A DNA stretch of 42,859 nucleotides from a virus. Lineage: Duplodnaviria > Caudoviricetes. Position 1 is the stretch's first letter. Every line of letters begins with the position of its first letter. The notes beneath the pieces are model-generated. The model ran no database searches and was not told where the DNA came from. It worked only from the letters and a program-made list of their open reading frames with translations. The stretch spans positions 1 through 42,859 of IMG/VR virus record IMGVR_UViG_3300033407_000043; one strand, given 5' to 3'. The position numbers and the translations under genes were made by a program. Shown here piece after piece: positions 28,759 to 37,511 of the stretch.

Positions 28759-28966
28759 TATGTTCCAAATTTTGAACCAAAGAGGTTGATGGTGAAAATA
28801 CGATATCCTTGGCCATAGTTAAACCAACAAATCCCGGGCCATATTCTTCAACTTTATCCAGGGCCAAGCTAATAATAATACGACAGAATTCTGATCTAAT
28901 ACCTCTGGGAATAAGTCGGCGAAATTGCTCGTATTGCTTTTCTTCCATGTTAAGATTAAAACGCAT
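28700..28966 (-). CDS. Small putative DNA-binding protein (RHH-like)
   Basis: MRFNLNMEEKQYEQFRRLIPRGIRSEFCR; AAGGA RBS. Confidence 0.55.
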   Translation of the reverse strand: MRFNLNMEEKQYEQFRRLIPRGIRSEFCRIIISLALDKVEEYGPGFVGLTMAKDIVFSPSTSLVQNLEHSDDEPRTTSKNSGYKSSPD

Positions 28967-28979
28967 TTTATATCCTTAT

Positions 28980-29017
28980 AAAAAGTGGGGGAGGCCCAGC
29001 AGCACAACCTCCCCCAC
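28980..29017 (-). terminator. Intrinsic terminator after the holin/lipoprotein cassette
   Basis: Minus strand GTGGGGGAGG...CCTCCCCCAC-TTTTT. Confidence 0.85.
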
Positions 29018-29049
29018 CGAGGCGAATTAGAAGTGAACGGCAAACTCTT

Positions 29050-29220
29050 CTAACTACCAGCCTCTTCCCAAAGCCGGTTAGCAGTATCTAGCCGGCCCTT
29101 TACAGTTTCCCACTCAAGGGCAATTTCTTCCTCGGTTTTCGTACCATTAGTTAGAGCTTCGATACTTTCGAAGGCAAAGCGTCCAAGCTGGACCAAAGCT
29201 AAAATTGTTTCGGGGTTCAT
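29050..29220 (-). CDS. Small amphipathic protein (56 aa; not in ORF track)
   Basis: MNPETILALVQLGRFAFESIEALTNGTKTEEEIALEWETVKGRLDTANRLWEEAGS; ATGA overlap with the lipoprotein gene. Confidence 0.7.
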   Translation of the reverse strand: MNPETILALVQLGRFAFESIEALTNGTKTEEEIALEWETVKGRLDTANRLWEEAGS

Positions 29221-29528
29221 TCAACGGTTCCTTCTACAAATAGAAGCTTCAAGAGACCACTTTCAACAATGGTAACAAGCTCGGAAGTGCTTTCTACATT
29301 GCCGGAACAGGCTTCATTCAAAGTTGGCCGAAGTTCGTCAACTGTTTGAATTTGGTTTTCCGAAAGCTTTCCAGCTTGGCGGAAACCTGCAAGAGAAGTC
29401 AGGGTTGCTGAGTATCCCTTGCAGGTGATTAAAAGCTGTTCCTGGAGATTAGGTCCATTATTTAGTCCGAGGGTTTCGCAACCGCTCAGAAAAAACAAGG
29501 CCAGAGGAAGGATAAGAAGTTTCTTCAA
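29217..29528 (-). CDS. Lipoprotein, possibly spanin-like
   Basis: Signal peptide with lipobox LSGC (Cys17). Confidence 0.8.
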   Translation of the reverse strand: MKKLLILPLALFFLSGCETLGLNNGPNLQEQLLITCKGYSATLTSLAGFRQAGKLSENQIQTVDELRPTLNEACSGNVESTSELVTIVESGLLKLLFVEGTVE

Positions 29529-29537
29529 AATAAGCTC

Positions 29538-29762
29538 CTATGGTTTAAGTGTGGTAGTTGCAGTAAGTCTTCCCCAGATTGCAAGGAAAATACCGAAAAC
29601 TTCGACCAAGGCTTGAGTTGCGGAAACAGCATTATCTCCGGCAACCTGGATTTCGCCAACTAGCTCTGGACCAAAATCAAGGCCTAGAACTGGAAGCATA
29701 CTACCTAGAAATGTGATAAAGATTCCCCAGATAGTTTTAGATTTAAGAAATGTTTTCTCCAT
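29538..29762 (-). CDS. Holin-like protein with two TM segments
   Basis: KSKTIWGIFITFLG...VFGIFLAIWGRLTA; GGAG RBS. Confidence 0.65.
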   Translation of the reverse strand: MEKTFLKSKTIWGIFITFLGSMLPVLGLDFGPELVGEIQVAGDNAVSATQALVEVFGIFLAIWGRLTATTTLKP

Positions 29763-29826
29763 TTGAAACTCTCCTAGTTTTGATTTGATACATTAGTTTT
29801 TATTTTTCTTTCCTTTTTTTTCTAAG

Positions 29827-29902
29827 TGGTGGGAGCGTATAGCCGAACAGCGGGGGGACTGTTATTTAGCTATTCAGGGTGACGAGTCCTTCAGACGCTC
29901 CC
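29827..29902 (-). ncRNA. 76-nt tRNA-like structured element with acceptor stem and ACCA end
   Basis: GGGAGCG...CGCTCCC-A-CCA; non-canonical core containing ATAGC/GCTAT and AACAG/CTGTT stems. Confidence 0.45.
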
Positions 29903-29925
29903 ATAAACTTAGCTTTTAAACTTAG

Positions 29926-30375
29926 TTAAGCTTCATCACCTTCATCTGGCAGTCGGGGCAGTTCAATGGCATTGTTAATACCGGTTGATCCGTCCTGCCG
30001 AGTGAATGTATTTTGAGAAACACGAGCACGAGCCCGGGCACCTTGGATATTATCTGTATCAAATCCATCGTCTGAATAAGGAATATCGAACAGATAGCAG
30101 AAACGCTTCATCATGAGTTGCTTCATCTTGCGGGTTGTTCCGGGAGTATGGCCTTTAGTTTCATCATTCTCAGAATCTTTAGGTCCAGGAATAGAAACAT
30201 AATGCCGGAAGGGCATATAATCTTGGCCCTCAAAAACCATATCACACTGAATATTTTGTTTTCCGTTCTTGTCGGTGATTTCGTACTGCTTGATCAAAAT
30301 ATCATATTCACCGGGTTTAGCGATAGGCGTTTCGTTAGTATCAGCAAAACCTTCGCCCATGTTAATGAAAGGCAT
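29926..30375 (-). CDS. Putative single-stranded DNA-binding protein (DUF669-like)
   Basis: KPGEYDILI..., acidic C-terminal tail, downstream of the Sak4-like ATPase; GGAG RBS before MPFINMG. Confidence 0.65.
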   Translation of the reverse strand: MPFINMGEGFADTNETPIAKPGEYDILIKQYEITDKNGKQNIQCDMVFEGQDYMPFRHYVSIPGPKDSENDETKGHTPGTTRKMKQLMMKRFCYLFDIPYSDDGFDTDNIQGARARARVSQNTFTRQDGSTGINNAIELPRLPDEGDEA

Positions 30376-30421
30376 CTTATAACTCCTAGTTTTTAGTTTA
30401 TGGTAATTGAGATCATTTAGT

Positions 30422-31225
30422 TTATCCTCCGCTGGCAATTACAGTTCTATCCAGCAGAGCACCTACACCTTGACTTTCAAGGGGTTTCTTATAATCCAAA
30501 GTGACATTTTCCACAGTTTCCACAAATTCTGAAGTGCACCGAAGAAACTGGTTCTGACGATCTTGGCGAGTTCTTACATAGTAAGACATCTTACCATCAC
30601 GGTTAGGCTCACCGTAGGCTAGCCAGACTTCGTTGAACATCAGAGGAATTCTGCGACGAAGCTGGCCAAGGAAAGCCAGGGTATTTTGAAAGCGCTGGGT
30701 TGTTTCGTCTTTCTGGAATTCAATATGCCCAGTTATAAGAATAGGCTTTCGAAAACCAAGAAGAGTTCGATAGACTTTGATGATAGTATTAGTACAAGCT
30801 GCATAGTCGGCCATTTCCGGTTGCTTGCCGAACCGACCATTCAGCCAGAGAACTCGATCCATTACTATGTCGGTGAACATAGTAGTGCTGTCAATCATAA
30901 TAGAGTCGTAGTCTTCGAAGTAATTAGTTCTCATCTTTTCTTCAAGATCACGCTCAAATGTGATGTAAGTTTTTGGTTCGGGAGCTTTGGAAAATTTATC
31001 CCGGACATTGGTTTTCAAAGTTACAACATCAAGATCAAGATGTTCTGGGATATACTCATCATATTCAATATCGTGGCCGCGAAGGGTTGCTATGGCGTTT
31101 GTATCAAATAGAAGGGCGTATTTCTTGCCCGGGTAAGTTAGGAACTGACTGGTTTTTCCACCTCCGGTAGAACCGATAAGAAGGCAGCTTTTTATCTCCT
31201 GTCCGACATTTTTAGCATTTGACAT
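30422..31225 (-). CDS. AAA_24 / Sak4-like ATPase (recombination)
   Basis: GSTGGGKTS, IMIDSTT, ILITGH. Confidence 0.85.
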   Translation of the reverse strand: MSNAKNVGQEIKSCLLIGSTGGGKTSQFLTYPGKKYALLFDTNAIATLRGHDIEYDEYIPEHLDLDVVTLKTNVRDKFSKAPEPKTYITFERDLEEKMRTNYFEDYDSIMIDSTTMFTDIVMDRVLWLNGRFGKQPEMADYAACTNTIIKVYRTLLGFRKPILITGHIEFQKDETTQRFQNTLAFLGQLRRRIPLMFNEVWLAYGEPNRDGKMSYYVRTRQDRQNQFLRCTSEFVETVENVTLDYKKPLESQGVGALLDRTVIASGG

Positions 31226-31383
31226 TGTTAGCTTTCTTCAGATTTTCAAGATATAGGCTGTCCATTATGGTGCATAAATGTGCATTGGTCAATGGCCAAA
31301 AAATGCCCCCATGGCGGGCATATGGGGACCATGGGGGAAGTTTCTGGGGTTCCCGGGTACCGCACCCCATGAAAGGATTTTGG

Positions 31384-31683
31384 TTAATCCCCGGACAAAG
31401 TATCAAGGTTCAAATTTCTTGAAGCTTCCTGTTCGAAGAGGTCTCGGACTATGTTTCTTAGCTCATATAATTCTAGGATACCTTGATGAACAAGAATGCC
31501 GTGAGCATAGCCGAGATAACGATTAGCTTCATCTCGCTTAATTTCAGGGCGTCCGAGAATTTGCATTAGAAGCCATACAGCGTGGCCGACACTTATGCCC
31601 GTAGTATCCAGTTCAGGTGGAATATCTGGGACAAGTTCTAAGGTTTTTTTAGCCAGCAATTTAGCTTTGATAAGCTTTTTCAT
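31384..31683 (-). CDS. Hypothetical phage protein
   Basis: HAVWLL...ANRYLGYAHGIL; ATGA-type overlap. Confidence 0.7.
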   Translation of the reverse strand: MKKLIKAKLLAKKTLELVPDIPPELDTTGISVGHAVWLLMQILGRPEIKRDEANRYLGYAHGILVHQGILELYELRNIVRDLFEQEASRNLNLDTLSGD

Positions 31684-32384
31684 TTTAGCTTCCTCTTATC
31701 TTCAATGGAAAAGATGGGAGTTTTATTAGTCAAAGCTTCCGTGGCTTTTACTGTGGCGGAGATTAGAAGATTAAAAGCACTGATGGATTTTGCCTTACCG
31801 TATTCGAGAGCGTTTTCCCGGGGAATTCCAAAATCCATGGCTAGCGCTTCAGCGTCTGTATCGGCACCTAGCACAATGAAAGTCCAACCTTCTTTTTGCT
31901 TCTGCCCCACAGTTTTAAAAACCGTAGCCAGAGTATTAGAAGATTGCGTATCCTCGCCGTCAGTTTGGATTACAACAACTGGTTTGAAACTAGGATCTGC
32001 AGTTTTTCTAAGCTGGACCTTTTCGATAACAGCTAAGACGGTATCATACAGAGGGGTCATGGAACAAGGGTTATACGTATTGCCATTTAACGGTGAAACA
32101 GTTGCAAGGGCTACAGAATCTGAAATTACTTTTTGCATACTGTCTATTGTTCCAAATTTTCCAAGAATGAACTCGGTTTCCATTGGAAGAACAATGCCGG
32201 TTTCCTTGATGTATTTGTTGAAGCCGTCAATTGTTTCATATCGGCAGCTTGACATAGAACCACTTCCATCTAGGACAAAGCCAATTATGGGAGTGCTGAC
32301 AGTTTCTGCAAACAGGAAATCATCAATTCCAGTTTCTTTAGAAAGATCAGTTCCTTTGGTTACATCTACAACGAATTTTGACAT
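31680..32384 (-). CDS. Stand-alone von Willebrand factor A domain protein
   Basis: MIDAS motif DGSGSM, TPLYD, QTDGED, WTFIVLGA. Confidence 0.9.
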   Translation of the reverse strand: MSKFVVDVTKGTDLSKETGIDDFLFAETVSTPIIGFVLDGSGSMSSCRYETIDGFNKYIKETGIVLPMETEFILGKFGTIDSMQKVISDSVALATVSPLNGNTYNPCSMTPLYDTVLAVIEKVQLRKTADPSFKPVVVIQTDGEDTQSSNTLATVFKTVGQKQKEGWTFIVLGADTDAEALAMDFGIPRENALEYGKAKSISAFNLLISATVKATEALTNKTPIFSIEDKRKLK

Positions 32385-32395
32385 TTTTTCTCTCC

Positions 32396-32818
32396 TTATA
32401 AGGATTGCACGATTTGTTTTAGGCTGTTGTATTGAGCGTCGGTTAGATATTTGTTCTTGATATAGTAAGCTTGGAGCGAGATTATAAATCTGTATATAGC
32501 TGAGTTAGAATCAATACCTGCAATAGCTTTTTCGATAATAAGTAGCACATGCTGTCCAGAGTGTTTTACACTGTCGGCTCGAGGTCTGGGAGAATACTTA
32601 TATTTAGGATTGCCAGAAGTTTTGTTAGAAGAATTAGAAGAATTATCCCCAATTTCCTGGACGACTTTTACCTTAGCTGCAAATATTTTATCCCAGTCAT
32701 GGCCGTGTTTTGCCAGAAGTTCATTTGCTTTACGAATGGCCATAAGAACTTCTGCATCTGTGTCAGATGTAGTCATTCTCATAAACTTTTTAAAACGCTC
32801 GTAAGTTTTTAGGTCCAT
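32396..32818 (-). CDS. Hypothetical protein with a DUF2786-like N-terminus
   Basis: MTTSDTDAEVLMAIRKANELLAKHG; GGAG RBS before MDLKTY. Confidence 0.65.
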   Translation of the reverse strand: MDLKTYERFKKFMRMTTSDTDAEVLMAIRKANELLAKHGHDWDKIFAAKVKVVQEIGDNSSNSSNKTSGNPKYKYSPRPRADSVKHSGQHVLLIIEKAIAGIDSNSAIYRFIISLQAYYIKNKYLTDAQYNSLKQIVQSL

Positions 32819-32878
32819 TTTTTCTTCTCCATATTTTTCAGACCATCCCAAAATTTGGGGCAATCTGTATGGGACTTT

Positions 32879-33061
32879 TTACTTCTTAGAGATTGTCAGG
32901 GATTGACCGGGCTCAAGATCATTAGTTAGTTCAATTATTAATCGGCCAAGCCTATTATTCAGACTAGCATAATCCCAAGATTTTATTGGGATTTTTAAGT
33001 ACTCTCGACCCCGTTCATCTGGCTTATTTGTAGCTCTTCTAAAAAGCGTTACTTCGTACAT
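32879..33061 (-). CDS. Hypothetical protein
   Basis: 60 aa, in operon. Confidence 0.55.
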   Translation of the reverse strand: MYEVTLFRRATNKPDERGREYLKIPIKSWDYASLNNRLGRLIIELTNDLEPGQSLTISKK

Positions 33062-33075
33062 TTTGAAAGGCCTTT

Positions 33076-34065
33076 TTAGTCGTCCGAACCTTCAATACCA
33101 AGAGCACCCAAATCAAGATGCTTGATCGGGGACCAGTGATCTTTAGTATATCCCATAGGAATTCGGTCAGGCTCCGAGGCAGGATTTGAAACAGTCTTGC
33201 AGAGATCCATGTAAGGGCACGGCCTCATAAACTGGATGCAATTTTTAGTGTTTCTTGGAAAAGCTGCCATGAACTCGTCGTCTTTTTTTACCTCTTTTAA
33301 AGCTTCTTTGTTTATTTCAAGAAGTTTAAATTGACGCTTGGTTTCCCAAAGCCACTGATCGAGTTTTGCCCAAGAACTTTCAATGGGTAAAAGGGCGAAC
33401 TTATCATGACAGCTGGCATAGACAAGAGCTGCATCAACTAGAACGCCTTTGAATTTTTTTCCATAGAGCATTCTTCCAGCGTGCTGGTAGCCTTCGACCT
33501 GAGAATTTGGGTCGAAGCTTTCAAGATACGTTTGATTAATTCCGCTTTTTCCTGAACCCCATGAAGTAGTCTTATGCTCAACAACCCAGACTCGGCCGTT
33601 CCACAAAACAGTTTTATCAAGCCGGCCGACGTAGAATGTTTCAGTGTCGGAGATGTCTAGTGGAACAGCAAAAGGCTTCTCCGTTTCAAGAAGTTCTACT
33701 TCATTGATAAAGTTCTTACGATGGGCAAGATAATTCACCAGCATGAAGAAAGCTGTTTCAGGATTTCTGGCTTTGTAAAGATACTTATGCTCATCTTCAG
33801 ACATGTTTTCAAGACTAGGGTGCCCGAGAGCTTCCCAAGTTTCATTGAAAGTGCCGTGAGCAAGTTCAACGATTTCCATGTCTGTAAGACTTACGGAAGA
33901 TTTAGCTGCTACCCATAAGGTATCCATAGCTGCGTGCCAGGAAGTCCCGAAATCAAGGGCCGGAGCCTTGCCGAATTGACGGAGATCTCGAATATCACGC
34001 CAGTAGTAATATCTGTTACAAGTTTCAAAGTTTGTTCTGCGACTATTATCATAGAATTTTGGCAT
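33076..34065 (-). CDS. PD-(D/E)XK exonuclease, Cas4/AddB-like with Fe-S cysteines
   Basis: GRLD...VEHKT, QVEGY, N-terminal Cys plus CIQFMRPCPYMDLC. Confidence 0.88.
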   Translation of the reverse strand: MPKFYDNSRRTNFETCNRYYYWRDIRDLRQFGKAPALDFGTSWHAAMDTLWVAAKSSVSLTDMEIVELAHGTFNETWEALGHPSLENMSEDEHKYLYKARNPETAFFMLVNYLAHRKNFINEVELLETEKPFAVPLDISDTETFYVGRLDKTVLWNGRVWVVEHKTTSWGSGKSGINQTYLESFDPNSQVEGYQHAGRMLYGKKFKGVLVDAALVYASCHDKFALLPIESSWAKLDQWLWETKRQFKLLEINKEALKEVKKDDEFMAAFPRNTKNCIQFMRPCPYMDLCKTVSNPASEPDRIPMGYTKDHWSPIKHLDLGALGIEGSDD

Positions 34066-34088
34066 CGTTTTTCCTTCTCTTTCTTTTT

Positions 34089-34433
34089 TTAAAGTTTGAT
34101 AGATTGAAGAATAGCCTCCTGGTCTAGAAGACTATCTATGTCAACTTCTCGGCAAGTGTAGTCGTCATGGGAGAATAGCAAAAAATTAACCCGGCCGTGC
34201 TTTCGGGCAAAGACTGCGGCGGCGATAGCATTTAGAATACTCAAACTTGTAATTAGAATATAATCTTCTTTCTGACTCCCTTCCATTGCATCTATGAAAG
34301 CTCTATAAAAATTTGATGTATTAAACCGATTTACGTTTCCCTCTGTGACATAAACTAATTCACCAAATTTCAGAGCTTGCTCATAATTATGTCCGCCTTT
34401 GTTGCAGATGAAAACTTTCTTTTTACTTTTCAT
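34089..34433 (-). CDS. Hypothetical phage protein
   Basis: KVFICNKGGHNYEQALKFGELVYVT. Confidence 0.75.
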   Translation of the reverse strand: MKSKKKVFICNKGGHNYEQALKFGELVYVTEGNVNRFNTSNFYRAFIDAMEGSQKEDYILITSLSILNAIAAAVFARKHGRVNFLLFSHDDYTCREVDIDSLLDQEAILQSIKL

Positions 34434-34447
34434 GGGTAAACCCTGAG

Positions 34448-34488
34448 AAAAAGAAGGAGCAAGCTTGTTTTTAACCTGCCCCTTCTTT
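34448..34488 (-). terminator. Intrinsic terminator
   Basis: Minus strand AAAGAAGGGGCAGG...CTTGCTCCTTCTTTTT. Confidence 0.65.
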
Positions 34489-34505
34489 ATTATCCTATAG
34501 CTTTT

Positions 34506-34847
34506 TTACTTTGCAGCAGACATACGCTTGAGAAGATCCTTGCGCTCTTCTGCAGACATAGTTCCAAAAAGTTCCTGAGCTTTTTCCAGCTTGGATTTGC
34601 CGGGAGTGCGAGTGGAAGGCTTCCATTTGGAAACAGCTTCTTCAATTTCCTTCTGGGACTTGCCGGCCTTCAGCATAGCTCGGATATTACTCTGAAGAGC
34701 AACGGTAACGGAACTTTTCGCATGAGAGATAACTTTATCTTCACCGAATTCGGCAACAAGATCTGCAAGGGTTGTCACGTCCAGGCCGGGGTATTCGACT
34801 TCACAAACTTCGCCATCTTTTCCAATTTTTGCTGATACTTTCGACAT
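34506..34847 (-). CDS. Hypothetical protein; probable paralog of 413-841
   Basis: GAGG RBS; C-terminal TMSAEERKDLLK. Confidence 0.8.
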   Translation of the reverse strand: MSKVSAKIGKDGEVCEVEYPGLDVTTLADLVAEFGEDKVISHAKSSVTVALQSNIRAMLKAGKSQKEIEEAVSKWKPSTRTPGKSKLEKAQELFGTMSAEERKDLLKRMSAAK

Positions 34848-34924
34848 TTCTTCAATTCCTCGTTCTAAGTTAGTTTGATACCATCATTGGTATGATTATA
34901 ATGTGGGGCTTTAAGACGAGATTG

Positions 34925-35365
34925 TCAAGGTTTTTTGTCTCCTTCATCAAATATTTTGGGGATCATTATAGTTTTGTAACTACTTTCGGCTATTAATGTT
35001 ATAGCTTCTCTTAAAGCGTTGGTAAGATTATTCAGAATACCGTAAGCAATTTTGTCTTTCTCATAAGCGGAAAGACCTGTCATAGAGTCAGCAGCTTTCA
35101 TTGAAGTCATAGCTTCATTCATTACAAGATAACAAGCTGCGTCTATAAAAACTGTAGCTGCCATGTATAGATGACCGGATCTATGGACGGGAAGCTTTTC
35201 AAGGATTTCACCGACTAAGCTTCTTACCTCAGTATCATAATTACTTTCAATTTCGAGGGTTTCAAGAATTAGATTTAGTGAAGCTTGGGTTAGGGTGTCC
35301 TTTACTGAAGATTGTGCATTCTCAAGGATTTTTCTATTTCTTTCTTGCTCTTTTTTAATGCTCAT
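34925..35365 (-). CDS. Hypothetical protein
   Basis: 146 aa, coupled to the upstream ORF. Confidence 0.7.
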   Translation of the reverse strand: MSIKKEQERNRKILENAQSSVKDTLTQASLNLILETLEIESNYDTEVRSLVGEILEKLPVHRSGHLYMAATVFIDAACYLVMNEAMTSMKAADSMTGLSAYEKDKIAYGILNNLTNALREAITLIAESSYKTIMIPKIFDEGDKKP

Positions 35366-35724
35366 TAGAAGAAAATACCTCCGTCATCATCATCAGAAGA
35401 TGGATTATAAGATAGTTCTTTCGGATCGTTAGTAGCTTGCCAGCCTTTCCGGCGCAGCATTTCCTCAAGAGCATTAGCTATGCGGGAGCCTTTGACAGAA
35501 CCAGAATAACTTTCTCCAATATCGTAGGTTATTTTCAGATCCCCACGAACTCGCCCAGATATTTGCATTGAAAAGTCTATAGTGCTGATATCATGGCTAT
35601 CAAAAATTTCCCGGAGTTCCTTGGCCAGTTCAATTGTGCATTGCTGGTAATGAACGGCTAAGGCTTTGAAGTTGTTAATTCGCTCAACTTTTTCTTTATG
35701 AGGGATTATGTTTTGGTCAGTCAT
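35365..35724 (-). CDS. Hypothetical protein
   Basis: 119 aa, ATGA overlap. Confidence 0.7.
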   Translation of the reverse strand: MTDQNIIPHKEKVERINNFKALAVHYQQCTIELAKELREIFDSHDISTIDFSMQISGRVRGDLKITYDIGESYSGSVKGSRIANALEEMLRRKGWQATNDPKELSYNPSSDDDDGGIFF

Positions 35725-35972
35725 TTTTTTTCTTCTTTTCTTCTTTTAGCATTATTTATATTTATGGTTATTTTTTTCAGAGCTCTTCTTAGATACTTGT
35801 CATGCCGGTAAGCTCTGAAATGATAACCATACATTTTCCAATTAGAACTCCAAGCTGTTACATAGTAACGCTTTCCATTAAAAAGAATTTTGAACTTTAT
35901 ATCAGAGTGCATATCTCCCAGCAATTGAAATTCATCAGCCGGGGATATATAGACTTCATTAAGTTTGGTCAT
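35721..35972 (-). CDS. Hypothetical protein
   Basis: Start taken at MTKLNEVY. Confidence 0.55.
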   Translation of the reverse strand: MTKLNEVYISPADEFQLLGDMHSDIKFKILFNGKRYYVTAWSSNWKMYGYHFRAYRHDKYLRRALKKITININNAKRRKEEKK

Positions 35973-36201
35973 TTTCTTCTCTTTCTTCTTTGTCCATTTT
36001 AGCTTTGATTTCATCGCCATGCTTAGAACAATGAGGCCAAGCACAAAAGCCTTCTGAGTCTACAAGAGTTTCTCCGCAGCCTTCACAAAGAACTTGGAGA
36101 TAGGTATTAGCTGGAGTAAGGCCATAAAAATCATAATTTTCTTTTTTTAAAAGGCCCGGCTTATAGAGTTCATCAGTGCATTGTTTACAAAACTCAGCCA
36201 T
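35959..36201 (-). CDS. Zinc-finger protein
   Basis: FCKQC...LCEGCG...CAWPHCSKH. Confidence 0.8.
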   Translation of the reverse strand: MAEFCKQCTDELYKPGLLKKENYDFYGLTPANTYLQVLCEGCGETLVDSEGFCAWPHCSKHGDEIKAKMDKEEREENDQT

Positions 36202-36212
36202 TTTTTTTCTTT

Positions 36213-36638
36213 CTAAAGGTTATATTTCTGAAGCACTTTAGCTATTTGTAGAAGTTTTTTCTTAAATGCTTCGGGATCATCCTCGTATTTACAAATTTCT
36301 ACAGATCTAAGCACACCATCAGGAAGATATTCTTCTAACTCCCCAAGAGCCGCTTCTAGCCTACCTTCACGAATTAAGTTAATAGCATGGAGTTTATCAG
36401 AAATATTAGCGCTGAAATTACTGGGGACCCAACTTTCAAGATGGTTCATTTTAAAAGTATGAGCTATTACAGCCCCCGCAAGACAAACTCCACAGATAGG
36501 CGCTAAATTAGTTCCTGTGTGCCATAAATTCATATTTACTTTATATATTTCTGGCCTGGCTTCGACCCATTCTAAGTCTTTTAGAGCTAAAAGAATTAGA
36601 GCGCTTAGTTTATTTGGTAGGGGATCGGTTTTATTCAT
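36213..36638 (-). CDS. Hypothetical protein; paralog of 38142-38609
   Basis: LPNKLSALILLALKDLEWVE...CGVCLAGAV. Confidence 0.8.
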   Translation of the reverse strand: MNKTDPLPNKLSALILLALKDLEWVEARPEIYKVNMNLWHTGTNLAPICGVCLAGAVIAHTFKMNHLESWVPSNFSANISDKLHAINLIREGRLEAALGELEEYLPDGVLRSVEICKYEDDPEAFKKKLLQIAKVLQKYNL

Positions 36639-36813
36639 TTTCTTTCTCCTTTTCTTTAGCTTTTAGTAAGACTGTTAGAAGTATACATATAGGAACGAAG
36701 ATAGGCCAAAGTATAGTAAATAACATTAGATGCTTCTTAACGTTCATAACGTCGAACATTCCGTACCAGCCAACGCCCCCAATGATGTATAGAAAAAGGA
36801 TTATTTCTTCCAT
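36631..36813 (-). CDS. Small protein with two TM segments
   Basis: Two hydrophobic segments and a charged tail. Confidence 0.65.
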   Translation of the reverse strand: MEEIILFLYIIGGVGWYGMFDVMNVKKHLMLFTILWPIFVPICILLTVLLKAKEKEKENE

Positions 36814-37031
36814 TCTTCTTTCCCTACAAGGTTTGGGTATTCAGACAGAAAATAATCCTGCCGGAGACAATAAGTAGTATACGAAAGATAGTTTTTAAAA
36901 TAGATAAGAGGCTCTTCTGGCGGATTAGGTTCTACATAACCTTGGAGTATTTTTGTAACCCGGACTCGGATGCTATGAGTATTGTTTTCATAGATTCCGT
37001 TTAGATGGACAAGAGCTTTTGGAATGGTCAT
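36801..37031 (-). CDS. Hypothetical protein
   Basis: GAGG RBS before MTIPKAL. Confidence 0.55.
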   Translation of the reverse strand: MTIPKALVHLNGIYENNTHSIRVRVTKILQGYVEPNPPEEPLIYFKNYLSYTTYCLRQDYFLSEYPNLVGKEEWKK

Positions 37032-37071
37032 TTTCTTCTTCCTCTTCTTTTTTTTTCTAAAATATCGAAAT

Positions 37072-37497
37072 TTATTCTGGTGGATCTTGAGGTATAAGGA
37101 AATTCCAGGGATAAGAACTCCCATCTCTAAATTTTATAATAGCCTTTTTTGCTTCAGCTGGTGTTATTTTCTTTGTACCTGGATAATAATAGACCAAAGG
37201 GCCGCAATTTTTTATATCAAATAGCTCTTTAAAGAAGCTTTCGTAATCAAAGCCTTTTTTATCTAATTTTATTTTTATACCTTCTTCAATGGCCCAAACT
37301 GGAGCCCATCCAGCAATACAGGCAGTTGATTGGCAATTTGAATTCAGTAAATTGATACCGTCTGAGAGACTGATATAGAATTCATCATCATCTTGGTATG
37401 GCTTGTTAGGATGAGAATAAAAACTATCCATATCGAAACGTTTAGAATCTAATTTTCCGATCCAATTGGCGAATTTTGTTAGGCGAGCTTTGTGCAT
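37072..37497 (-). CDS. Hypothetical protein with a CxxxACIAGW motif
   Basis: FDMDSF...CQSTACIAGWA. Confidence 0.75.
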   Translation of the reverse strand: MHKARLTKFANWIGKLDSKRFDMDSFYSHPNKPYQDDDEFYISLSDGINLLNSNCQSTACIAGWAPVWAIEEGIKIKLDKKGFDYESFFKELFDIKNCGPLVYYYPGTKKITPAEAKKAIIKFRDGSSYPWNFLIPQDPPE

Positions 37498-37511
37498 TTT
37501 CTTCTTCCTTT

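Noticed and set aside
29827-29902. Canonical tRNA or hammerhead ribozyme
   Set aside because: The T and anticodon arms do not pair in the cloverleaf register, and there is no CUGAnGA...GAAA core
31212-31406. 64-aa - strand ORF in a GC-rich gap
   Set aside because: TTG start, no clear RBS and atypical composition; coding status unsupported
31705-32460. 251-aa + strand ORF
   Set aside because: Antisense shadow of the vWA gene
33076-34065. Cas4 as evidence of a CRISPR system
   Set aside because: No repeat-spacer array or other cas genes; it fits the usual exonuclease-Sak4-SSB recombination module
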